Part shown: in pieces, positions 13,108-25,900 of the stretch
How the letters are laid out: each line of letters starts with the position of its first letter
Numbering within the stretch: the first letter of the stretch is position 1
Source: Eledone cirrhosa
Taxonomy: Eukaryota
Assembly (NCBI GenBank): GCA_964016885.1
Contig: OZ024745.1
Location: 22,196,001-22,260,000, forward strand
Length of the DNA stretch: 64,000 nt
Reading direction: 5' to 3'
Notes under the pieces: generated by a model
Databases searched by the model: none
What the model saw: only the letters and a program-made list of their open reading frames with translations
Told to the model about the DNA's origin: nothing
Position numbers and translations under genes: made by a program

Positions 13108-13472
13108 CAGAGCACCAATCCTAATTTTCAGTTTTTGCTGGACCGGCAATCGCTCTGTATAATCAGTTCCTGATTATTACTGGAATTCTATAAGAATCCA
13201 GCTTCTATAATTTTCAACAAAGGTCGGCGAGTGCTAAGCTCTGATGAACACCAACAGTGTGAAACAGAATCTGTCAGCTTATCTCCCTTCTTATCTGTCA
13301 GCTTATCTCCCTTCTCTTGTTGAAAAAAGAAGTAAGTGACATAGTCACTACTTTAAAATAATAGCGCAAGGTCTTCAAAATGTTTTTAATTAAACATACG
13401 ATATATCGCTAGATATACTATACATACATTCATGTATACATCGCTATTTCAGAGCACCAATCCTAATTTTCA
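13108..13472 (+). mobile_element. Retrozyme-like element, 320-bp family, terminally redundant monomer
   Basis: 23-bp direct repeat CAGAGCACCAATCCTAATTTTCA at both ends, (TA)n flanks, internal HHR; homologous to 16723-17745. Confidence 0.8.
13235..13281 (+). ncRNA. Type I hammerhead ribozyme with canonical core
   Basis: TAAGCT CTGATGA ACAC-CAACA-GTGT GAA ACAGA-A-TCTGT C AGCTTA; predicted cut after C13275. Confidence 0.88.
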
Positions 13473-13892
13473 ATATATATATATATTTATTTATTAACAA
13501 ATGTTAACAAATGAAACACAGGAAGCAGTTTTGCACAGATAAATTAGTTTCACGCTTGGTGGAAGTGGAGGAGTCTTCAACATTTTGGACAGAAGTTCTT
13601 CTTCGGGAATTTCGTTACAGATATATTTCGTTATATATATATTTTGTTTTTGAATTTGTTTAGCAAGATTTCTCATCTGAAAACGTGTTGAAACAGATAT
13701 TGGTATTCTTTGTCAGAGTCATGCTGCCAATAATAACAAACGCACCTGTTGGTTGTTTCGGTAACCGGATGGTTGTTTATATATTGTCAAAGTTCTTTCA
13801 TCACACATTCTGTGACCTCCTCAGTGACTGGGTTTTTATTTTGTGTCTCTTCTTAGTTCTGTCCTCCACCATCTTGTTTTTGTCACACACAG

Positions 13893-13933
<41 letters not shown>

Positions 13934-14589
13934 AGGCATTTTGACTGCTATTTCTCACAGGTAGAATTTCCTCGTAGAGCTGTTGTCATTATCTAGCTCC
14001 AGATCAGCTCTACTTGTGTAGATAAAGGCGTTCAAATCGTAACTCTTTCACTTTTATTTTCATTTAGAGCAAATTTAAAGAGACAGGGTTGCTATTTCTA
14101 ACAGATTGGTGTTCCACGCAAAGTTCCAACCACTCGTTCGTCTTTTTGCAATTTAGGAGTGGCGAGTCGGTCTAGTAGTTCCCATTTCTAAGTAAAAAAT
14201 ATCTGCCTAGGGGGTATCCATTCCGTCATCCTCCCCACATAGCACAGCTGTCTCTGAACTTGTACCTATTCACAACGAGTTAATCTGTGCCAATAAGTGA
14301 TAAATATATCGGCCATTAACATAACACAGCGAATGCGAAAGGTTACGAAACATTGAATCCTCGGCAAATAGCCTGTCATTCTACGAGATCGACCATCTGT
14401 CAGACCCAATTTCTACCTACTTTAGGATAATGCACTGCAACACAGCTAGTATTAAATATAATAGTGCTTAAATATGATATAACCTAGCTGAAAATAATGG
14501 CTTTTTTAAAAAGAGTTATTTCTCTGTCTCCATCTCTCTCTATCTCTCTCTCCAAAAACACACAGGCACACACATTTATTTATTACTTA

Positions 14590-15310
<721 letters not shown>

Positions 15311-15703
15311 GACTGTCTCTTCAGAGAGACAGAGAGACAGAGAGATGGGGTGAGAATGAAATACAGAGAGAGAGAGCGTCAGGTTTATAAATAAAGAGAA
15401 TGATATACAGATATATATATACATTTATGTATGTATGTAGGAATGTATTCAGAGAGAGAGAGAGAAAGATGGGGGGTGGGTGTGATAATTATGCACCTTT
15501 CCTAAACCGATTCTCAAAGATGTTTGGTCCACTGGCAGCATGGTTACATTACGCAAAGCTTTGGAAACGTTTCCAAATTTATAGCCGTCTGTCCACCATA
15601 AAGATATATTCGACGCTGAGAAAGACTGTTTCTTGCTCTTCCGGTGAATGAATTCAGAATATATAAAGAAGTTTTATACATATTCACACACATACACGCA
15701 CCT

Positions 15704-15784
<81 letters not shown>

Positions 15785-15861
15785 ACAAACCTGTATGTAT
15801 ATATGTGTGTGTGCATATATTTTATGTACCTGTATGTGTGTGAATATGTATAAAGCTTTCT

Positions 15862-15931
<70 letters not shown>

Positions 15932-16252
15932 CATATACATACAGATACACGTATATATATAGAGAGAGATAAAGAATGTATCAGCAGAGAATACACGAAT
16001 TTACCAAACACAATAGTTAAATGCATTGTTATTTCGTCAGCCACACTGCAGTTTCGTGCATTACGGTGGTACTGCATTTGTGAGTTCTGTTAGTACAACA
16101 GATCTGAGCCTGTTCTGTTGTGGGATGCTTGTCAGACGATATAAATAAAAGGATCGTCAGGGAAAGTTCACGGCTGGCTTTCAAAGACAGGATATATACG
16201 TGAAAATTTACTAGAATTAAATGATCATGTATAATATATATATATATATATA

Positions 16253-16435
16253 ACGAAGGAAATGTGGTAAGGAACCAGGTGGACCATAACGCACCAAAGT
16301 ACTCAATACTTGAGGTAGTAGAGTGGGTAATAGGAACCAGTAAGACCCCGACAGCTGAGCTCAAGCCGTTTCGACGGCTCATTCAGAATTAGCCGTCGAA
16401 ACGGCTTGAGCTCAGCTGTCGGGGTCTTACTGGTT

Positions 16436-16440
<5 letters not shown>
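16253..16440 (-). mobile_element. Fold-back element carrying the 3' half of a hammerhead
   Basis: Perfect 50-bp inverted repeat 16330-16379/16391-16440 containing GAAACGGCT..AGCTGTC; (TA)n on both sides. Confidence 0.65.
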
Positions 16441-16486
<46 letters not shown>

Positions 16487-16490
<4 letters not shown>

Positions 16491-16710
16491 TTAATAATAA
16501 ATTTGAAGACTAAAATCCAAAGAGGGCTCGATAAGGATAAATATATATCAAATATATAAGAACCGTAGAGAAAATATTTATTAAAATAACAGATTAAAGT
16601 TTAAGCAAAGAATCGCTGCTTTCACCCTTAACGGGATCTTCTGAAGATCCCGTTAAGGGTGACAGCAGCGATTCTTTGCTTAAACTTTAATCTGTTATTT
16701 TAATAAATAT
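16487..16710 (-). mobile_element. Fold-back element with HHR-like arm
   Basis: 68-bp inverted repeat centred on T16642 with one mismatch; tail homologous to 445-568; (TA)n flanks. Confidence 0.65.
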
Positions 16711-16722
16711 ATATATATATAT

Positions 16723-17745
16723 AAAATTAGAATTGGTGCTCTGAAATAGCGATATATATATAAATGTATATACAGTGTATTTTGCAATACACTGTATGCT
16801 TAATTAAAAGCATTTCGAAGACCTTACGCTATTGTTTTAGAGTAGTGACAGTCTCATTTACTTTAAATTTTCAGCAAACAGGGGAGATAAAGCTGACAGA
16901 GCTCTGTTTCGTACTTTTTGGTACTTATCAAAGCTAAGTACTCCACCTGTTTGCTGAAAATCATGAATGTTTGATTCTTATAGGATTCTAGTAATAATCA
17001 GGAACTGATTATACAGAGCGATTGCCGCTCAAGCAGAAATTGAAAATTAGAATTGGTGCTCTGAAATAGCGATATATATATGAATGTATATATAGTGTAT
17101 TTTGCAATACACTGTATGCTTAATTAAAAGCATTTCGAAGACCTTACGCTATTGTTTTAGAGTAGTGACAGTCTCACTTACTTTAAATTTTCAGCAAACA
17201 GGGGAGATAAAGCAGACAGAGCTCTGTTTCGTACTTTTTGGTACTTATCAAAGCTAAGTACACCACTTGTTTGCTGAAAATCATGAATGTTTGATTCTTA
17301 TAGAATTCTAGTAATAATCAGGTGAGACTGCCACTACTCTAAAACAATAGCGTAAGGTCTTCGAAATGATTTTAATTAAGCATACAGTGTATTACAAAAT
17401 ACACTATATATACATTCATATATATATCGCTATTTCAGAGCACCAATTCTAATTTTCAATTTCTGCTTGACCGGCAACCGCTCTGTATAATTAGTTCCTG
17501 ATTATTACTAGAATTCTAAAAGAATCAAACATTCAGGATTTTCAGTTAACAGGTGGAGTACTTAGCTTTGATAAGTACCAAAAAGTTCGAAACAGAACTC
17601 TGTCAGCTTTATCTCCCCTGTTTGCTGAAAATTTAAAGTTAGTGAGGCTGTCACTACTCTAAAACAATAGTGTAAGGTCCTCGAAATGCTTTTAATTAAG
17701 CATACAGTGTATTGCAAAATACACTGTATATACATTTATATATAT
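16723..17745. mobile_element. Retrozyme-like element, 320-bp family: ~1.9 tandem units (minus) joined to ~1.3 inverted units (plus)
   Basis: AATTGGTGCTCTGAAATAGCG at 16731 and 17051 (period 320); orientation flips at ~17322; three HHR motifs. Confidence 0.85.
16891..16935 (-). ncRNA. Hammerhead ribozyme, U3-A8 core variant
   Basis: Minus strand: AGCT TTGATAA GTAC-CAAAAA-GTAC GAA ACAGAGCTCTGT C AGCT. Further copies at 17211-17255 (-) and 17564-17608 (+). Confidence 0.78.
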
Positions 17746-17757
17746 ATATACGTATAT

Positions 17758-17948
17758 AATATAGAAATGCTTCTACAGGGCTAGTACTGTTTCATTCGGG
17801 AGAAATCATCAGGAAGTCTACCTGATGATTTCTCCTGAATGAAACAGTTCTAGTCCTGTAGAAGCCTTTCTATATTAAGTATTTACACTCTGCTTTGTAT
17901 TGAGTCCCTTACTTACTGTCGTTACCCCCGATTGAACCGGGATAAACT
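17758..17948 (+). mobile_element. Fold-back element with HHR-like arms (family F, copy 2)
   Basis: Inverted repeat 17758-17876 around loop AAGTCTA; CTGATGA at 17822; tail shared with the other two copies. Confidence 0.72.
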
Positions 17949-17965
17949 TATATATATATATATAA

Positions 17966-18078
<113 letters not shown>

Positions 18079-18091
18079 TATATATATATAT

Positions 18092-18272
18092 GAGTCATGG
18101 GTTCAATGAAGGTTAACCACAGTAAGTAAGGAACTCAATACATTAGTAGAGTGTAAACATTATGTTAATATAGAAATGGGTTCTAAAGTCCTAGAACTGT
18201 TTCCTTCAAAAGAAATGATCAGGGATTTCCTGATGATTTATTTTGAATGAAACAGTTCTAGTACTGTAGAAG
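18092..18272 (-). mobile_element. Fold-back element with HHR-like arms (family F, copy 3)
   Basis: Same hairpin, with the tail in reverse orientation (CAGTAAGTAAGG.ACTCAATAC). Confidence 0.7.
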
Positions 18273-18293
18273 TTAAATATATATAAATACATA

Positions 18294-18504
18294 CGAGGGT
18301 CAGTCGAAAATGTTATAGGCTCAAATGTTCATAGGCTGACCAGGGTACTCTCGTGGAATCACAAAATGAGGTTTAATTTTCAACGTAGTTCCTTTAAAGA
18401 AACAATGCAGTTGTTAAGAAAATTTTAAAATAATGCATGCAAGACTTCACAGCTCTAGCTTCAGTCCTTCATAGTGAGCCTATGAACTTTTCAGCCCACC
18501 TTCG
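18294..18504. mobile_element. Mariner-type MITE
   Basis: TA|CGAGGGTCAGTCGAAAATGTTATAGGCT ... AGCCTATGAACTTTTCAGCCCACCTTCG|TA: imperfect TIRs with TA duplication. Confidence 0.7.
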
Positions 18505-19068
18505 TATATACATACATTCCCACATACATACATATATATATTCCCATATACATACATATATACATACATTCCCATATACATACATATATACGTACATACC
18601 TACATATATACGTACATACATATATACACACGTACATACATATATACCTACATATATACGTAGATATATACGTACAAACATACATCTATACATAAGTTCA
18701 TGAATACATACATAATACATACATACATACATACGTATTCCAATGCTCAGTCGATTATCAGCTACAGTTAAAATATGTGAAAGTTTCAGCAAGTTCAATA
18801 TTTGCTCCGACATTTTATTGTTTGAAATATCAACAAAAGAATCATGTCTGTCGGTTAGAGAGTGGCTTTTGTTCTGTCGTCTGCATTTCAATGGAAGACA
18901 CAATGGATAAACATAACCTCCTCCAACCTCACGTAGGCAAACGTCTTACAGAGATATCTATGTATGAATATGTGTGTCTCTATGTGTGTCTTTTTATTTA
19001 TATATATATATATGTTTGTGTGTATATGTATGCATATATATATGTCTATATATATATATGTATGTATG

Positions 19069-19149
<81 letters not shown>

Positions 19150-19187
19150 ACATATATGTACATATATATATGTACACCTATATATAT

Positions 19188-19342
<155 letters not shown>

Positions 19343-19800
19343 TGTATATTTTTGTACGTGTATGTATGTATATAGATAAACAAAAGAATGTCGTCTCTTT
19401 TAGTGATTGACTTTTGCACTATTGAAAGAACTTAGATCAAATAAAAATGGGAGACACGAACACACACACACACGCACACAAACATATACACACATAAATA
19501 TATATACACACACGCAACAACGTACACTAAAGAGACAAATACTGTGACAAATGTGTGTGTTTGTGCAATTACGCGTGTCATCTGTAGGCGAGATTAGAAG
19601 TAACCCCTGTCGAATATAAAGTACTCAATACATAAAAGTTCTATAGTGAAAGTGTTCTTCATTTTATCTAATCGGTATTTACAAGATGATGAAGGTGTTT
19701 CGTTAATATTCTTCGGAATTTCGAGTGCTAATGAAGCTATGAAATATGTGAAGTCGGTTAAAAAGGTAACCAAATTATTGTCAAAGGTATATGTAAGGAT

Positions 19801-19963
19801 TTCTGATTTATAGGCACAAGGCCAGTAATTTTTTTTTTTTTTGGGGGGGGGGCGATTATATCGACCCTAGTGCGTTACTGGTACTTTATTTTATCGAATC
19901 CCGTAAGGATGAAAGGCATGAACTCAGAACGTAAAAGGCCGGCCGTAACTATAAACCGTAAAG
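19801..19963 (-). mobile_element. tRNA-derived SINE, family A
   Basis: GGCACAAGGCCAG..TTACTGGTACTTTATTTTATCGA..CCGTAAGGATGAAAGGCA. Confidence 0.8.
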
Positions 19964-20044
19964 CATATGTATATATATATATATTTGAAAAATAGTTTTG
20001 AAAACCATACAATGCATTAGAAAATTAAAAGTGCTATGATAACA

Positions 20045-20136
<92 letters not shown>

Positions 20137-20303
20137 AAGTAATTCCGTCGGAAAGGTGCAGGAAAAAAGAGTGCTCTATGTAGGTTACATCGCTTAATAG
20201 TTATGTAATAAACAACATAAGGTAATTATTTCATTTGCTGGTGTATTTATTGACATTGTCAATATTTTCAATATTGACAATGTTAATAAATACACCAGGA
20301 TTT

Positions 20304-20364
20304 TTTCATTCTGATGATTGAAAGCAAAATGTGTTTGCTTTCAAGAAACCACTGGTAAATGAAA
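20304..20364 (+). ncRNA. Type I hammerhead ribozyme with 11-bp stem II, in an inverted element at 20136-20396
   Basis: TTTCATT CTGATGA TTGAAAGCAAA-ATGTG-TTTGCTTTCAA GAA ACC-ACT-GGT A AATGAAA; predicted cut after A20357. Confidence 0.88.
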
Positions 20365-20389
20365 TAATTACCTTATGTTGTTTATTACA

Positions 20390-20427
<38 letters not shown>

Positions 20428-20431
<4 letters not shown>

Positions 20432-21017
20432 GAAAAAAATGAAATTTCATTTGTCTCTCTTAGTACGGCTGATACTTAAATATAACTATGTATACGTACA
20501 TACATATATGTATACAGACGTACAGCAGTATGTATATATATATATATATACATACATGCACACATATATATATATATACGTGTGGTTTACCGAACATTTA
20601 TTATAATGTTCGGTTTGTTTGTAAACAAACAGCCCGAATTAAGCCGTACAGGTTCGGCAACCATCGTTGCCCTTTTGTTCAACACTGACAAAGGAACGAT
20701 GAACTAGTTTCAAGCTTATTAGCTATCGTCAGCACCGTATACCTTCCTGTCAGATGATTGAACGTTTGAAAGTATATACTTTCCTTGTGCATATTAACAG
20801 CTGAGCAGCCTAATTTGCATATCGTGTGAGTTAGTCGGCCGGGCGTACCGAAAACGACAAAAGGAAAAAATGAAATTTCATTTCTCACTCTTAGTACGTC
20901 TGATACTTAAATATAAGTTTGTATACGTACATACATATATGTATACAGAGGTACAGTAGTATGTATATATATACATACATGCACACATATGTACGTATGG
21001 GTTTACCGAACATTTAT
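20428..21017 (-). mobile_element. Retrozyme-like element, ~432-bp unit x ~1.35, diverged relative of the 23-29 kb array
   Basis: AAAGGAAAAAA.TGAAATTTCA at 20428 and ~20860; collinear with the reverse complement of the array unit; (TA)n flanks. Confidence 0.85.
20696..20738 (-). ncRNA. Minimal type I hammerhead ribozyme
   Basis: Minus strand: ACGGTG CTGACGA T AGCT-AATA-AGCT T GAA ACTAGT T CATCGT. Confidence 0.8.
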
Positions 21018-21029
21018 TTTATACATATA

Positions 21030-21427
21030 TATATATATATAAAGTTGTAGTTTTTCCTGTCTGTTTGTCTGTATGTTTGTTCACGAACTCCTCCTCTGGT
21101 TATGGAGATAGACCCCCGTAACCATATATATTCTGAAACTATATTGCCCAGGGTACTTGGATAATCATATTTCATTTTAATCAAAAGGTTCCCCGTGGCA
21201 GAAACCCCCGCTGAAAATTGTTTCCCTTTGATTTATGTGAAATTTAAACCATAGGTTAGTGACAAGATATGATGCATATTCACAAATTTTTAGCAAATTT
21301 CAATTATATTAATACACTTTAATGGAGTTAGTTTTTCTCCATAAATTATATCACTGATTTAAAATCAATCATCATTTTCTTACAAAAAAATGTGTGAAAC
21401 GCAGCAAGGCGCGGGTAATTCGGCTAG
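21030..21427 (+). mobile_element. Non-autonomous Helitron-like element
   Basis: Starts TATATAAAG..CTGTCTGTTTGTCTG; ends GCAAGGCGCGGGTAATTCGG CTAG|T, like the other three. Confidence 0.6.
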
Positions 21428-21475
21428 TATATATATAACATCCATATTCATTTTTGGTCGGGTATCTTGAATAAT

Positions 21476-21548
21476 TGTTTCTACTTTTGGCACAAGGCCA
21501 GCAATTATCTCAGTATATTACTGGTACTTTATTTTATCGACCCCGTAA
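21476..21548 (-). mobile_element. 5'-truncated SINE, family A, with 16-bp TSD
   Basis: GGGTATCTTGAATAAT at 21460-21475 and 21549-21564. Confidence 0.85.
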
Positions 21549-21984
21549 GGGTATCTTGAATAATAATCACAATACAGACATCAAATATTGATTTGTTTGA
21601 TAGTTAGATTTCTTAGTTTTCTAGGAATCATGGCAATTTCATTGAACGTAGTTTATTCCGGGAACACAAAGGGCTCACTACTCTCCATGTAAAATAATAT
21701 AGGAAACATTTTTGCTAAATACTACAGTAGACTGACTAAAACTGATCCTGGGCACGGTACATAGCTTGATCCCTACTTATTTCGAAGGAAGCAAGCAAAC
21801 ATTCGATATAAATGTCCAAACTAATGCCGGGTTTCGCGTATTTTCTCGTTACCTCGCTAATTCAAGCCATGTGTTAGTCGTTACAGCTTGCTCTTCACTT
21901 CTCTCATTTTCTTCCTCCACACCCCTCTCCCTCACGCTAATAGTTTATATCTCTACGTATCTCTTAATCTGCGTGTGATGTTAC

Positions 21985-22903
<919 letters not shown>

Positions 22904-25900
22904 TTAAATGTAAGTATGCATGTATACGTACATACATATATGTATACAGACGTACAGTAGCATGCACATATATATATATACATATATATATATACATATG
23001 CATACAGGTACACATACATATATGCACGTATCAGTTTAACGAACAAAGCGACGTTATAATAAGCGCCGCTAAACTGATACGTGCATATATGTATGTGTAC
23101 CTGTATGCATATGTATATATATATGTATATATATATATATATGTGCATGCTACTGTACGTCTGTATACATATATGTATGTACGTATACATGCATACTTAC
23201 ATTTAAGTAAGTGCCATACTAAGAGTGAGAAATGAAATTTCGTTTTCATTTTGTTTCAATTTATCGTTTTCCGTATGCCTGACCGATTTAACTCACTCAA
23301 TATGCAAATTAGGCTGCTCAGCCGTTAATTTTCATAAGGAAAGTATATACTTTCGAACGTTCAACTATCTGGCAGATGGGTAAACGGTGCTGATGATAGC
23401 TAACAAGCTTGAAACTAGTACATCGTTCCTGTGTCAGTGTTGAACAAAAAGGTGACGTGGTTGCCTTAACACCGTATGGCATAAATTCAGGCTGTTCAGT
23501 TTGTTTACAAACGAACAAAGCGACGTTATAATAAGCGCCGCTAAACTGATACGTGCATATATGTATGTGTACCTGTATGCATATGTATATATATATGTAT
23601 ATATATATATATATGTGCATGCTACTGTACGTCTGTATACATATATGTATGTACGTATACATGCATACTTACATTTAAGTAAGTGCCATACTAAGAGTGA
23701 GAAATGAAATTTCGTTTTCATTTTGTTTCAATTTATCGTTTTCGGTATGCCTGACCGATTTAACTCACTCAATATGCAAATTAGGCTGCTCAGCCGTTAA
23801 TTTTCATAAGGAAAGTATATACTTTCGAACGTTCAACTATCTGGCAGATGGGTAAACGGTGCTGATGATAGCTAACAAGCTTGAAACTAGTACATCGTTC
23901 CTGTGTCAGTGTTGAACAAAAAGGTGACGTGGTTGCCTTAACACCGTATGGCATAAATTCAGGCTGTTCAGTTTGTTTACAAACGAACAAAGCGACGTTA
24001 TAATAAGCGCCGCTAAACTGATACGTGCATATATGTATGTGTACCTGTATGCATATGTATATATATATGTATATATATATATATATATATGTGCATGCTA
24101 CTGTACGTCTGTATACATATATGTATGTTCGTATACATGCATACTTACATTTAAGTAAGTGCCATACTAAGAGTGAGAAATGAAATTTCGTTTTCATTTT
24201 GTTTCAATTTATCGTTTTCGGTATGCCTGACCGATTTAACTCACTCAATATGCAAATTAGGCTGCTCAGCCGTTAATTTTCATAAGGAAAGTATATACTT
24301 TCGAACGTTCAACTATCTGGCAGATGGGTAAACGGTGCTGATGATAGCTAACAAGCTTGAAACTAGTACATCGTTCCTGTGTCAGTGTTGAACAAAAAGG
24401 TGACGTGGTTGCCTTAACACCGTATGGCATAAATTCAGGCTGTTCAGTTTGTTTACAAACGAACAAAGCGACGTTATAATAAGCGCCGCTAAACTGATAC
24501 GTGCATATATGTATGTGTACCTGTATGCATATGTATATATATATGTATATATATATATATATATATGTGCATGCTACTGTACGTCTGTATACATATATGT
24601 ATGTTCGTATACATGCATACTTACATTTAAGTAAGTGCCATACTAAGAGTGAGAAATGAAATTTCGTTTTCATTTTGTTTCAATTTATCGTTTTCGGTAT
24701 GCCTGACCGATTTAACTCACTCAATATGCAAATTAGGCTGCTCAGCCGTTAATTTTCATAAGGAAAGTATATACTTTCGAACGTTCAACTATCTGGCAGA
24801 TGGGTAAACGGTGCTGATGATAGCTAACAAGCTTGAAACTAGTACATCGTTCCTGTGTCAGTGTTGAACAAAAAGGTGACGTGGTTGCCTTAACACCGTA
24901 TGGCATAAATTCAGGCTGTTCAGTTTGTTTACAAACGAACAAAGCGACGTTATAATAAGCGCCGCTAAACTGATACGTGCATATATGTATGTGTACCTGT
25001 ATGCATATGTATATATATATATATATATATGTGCATGCTACTGTACGTCTGTATACATATATGTATGTACGTATACATGCATACTTACATTTAAGTAAGT
25101 GCCATACTAAGAGTGAGAAATGAAATTTCGTTTTCATTTTGTTTCAATTTATCGTTTTCGGTATGCCTGACCGATTTAACTCACTCAATATGCAAATTAG
25201 GCTGCTCAGCCGTTAATTTTCATAAGGAAAGTATATACTTTCGAACGTTCAACTATCTGGCAGATGGGTAAACGGTGCTGATGATAGCTAACAAGCTTGA
25301 AACTAGTACATCGTTCCTGTGTCAGTGTTGAACAAAAAGGTGACGTGGTTGCCTTAACACCGTATGGCATAAATTCAGGCTGTTCAGTTTGTTTACAAAC
25401 GAACAAAGCGACGTTATAATAAGCGCCGCTAAACTGATACGTGCATATATGTATGTGTACCTGTATGCATATGTATATATATATGTATATATATATATAT
25501 GTGTGCATGCTACTGTACGTCTGTATACATATATGTATGTACGTATACATGCATACTTACATTTAAGTAAGTGCCATACTAAGAGTGAGAAATGAAATTT
25601 CGTTTTCATTTTGTTTCAATTTATCGTTTTCGGTATGCCTGACCGATTTAACTCACTCAATATGCAAATTAGGCTGCTCAGCCGTTAATTTTCATAAGGA
25701 AAGTATATACTTTCGAACGTTCAACTATCTGGCAGATGGGTAAACGGTGCTGATGATAGCTAACAAGCTTGAAACTAGTACATCGTTCCTGTGTCAGTGT
25801 TGAACAAAAAGGTGACGTGGTTGCCTTAACACCGTATGGCATAAATTCAGGCTGTTCAGTTTGTTTACAAACGAACAAAGCGACGTTATAATAAGCGCCG

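Noticed and set aside
13495-13892. Possible degenerate HHRs (GAAACAGA..TGTCAGAG at ~13690; TTGAAGA..GAAAC on minus at ~13550)
   Set aside because: Core boxes and stems are too broken to support a call.
19600-19730. CCGAAGA..GAAAC on the minus strand
   Set aside because: Core is mutated and stems I and II are missing.
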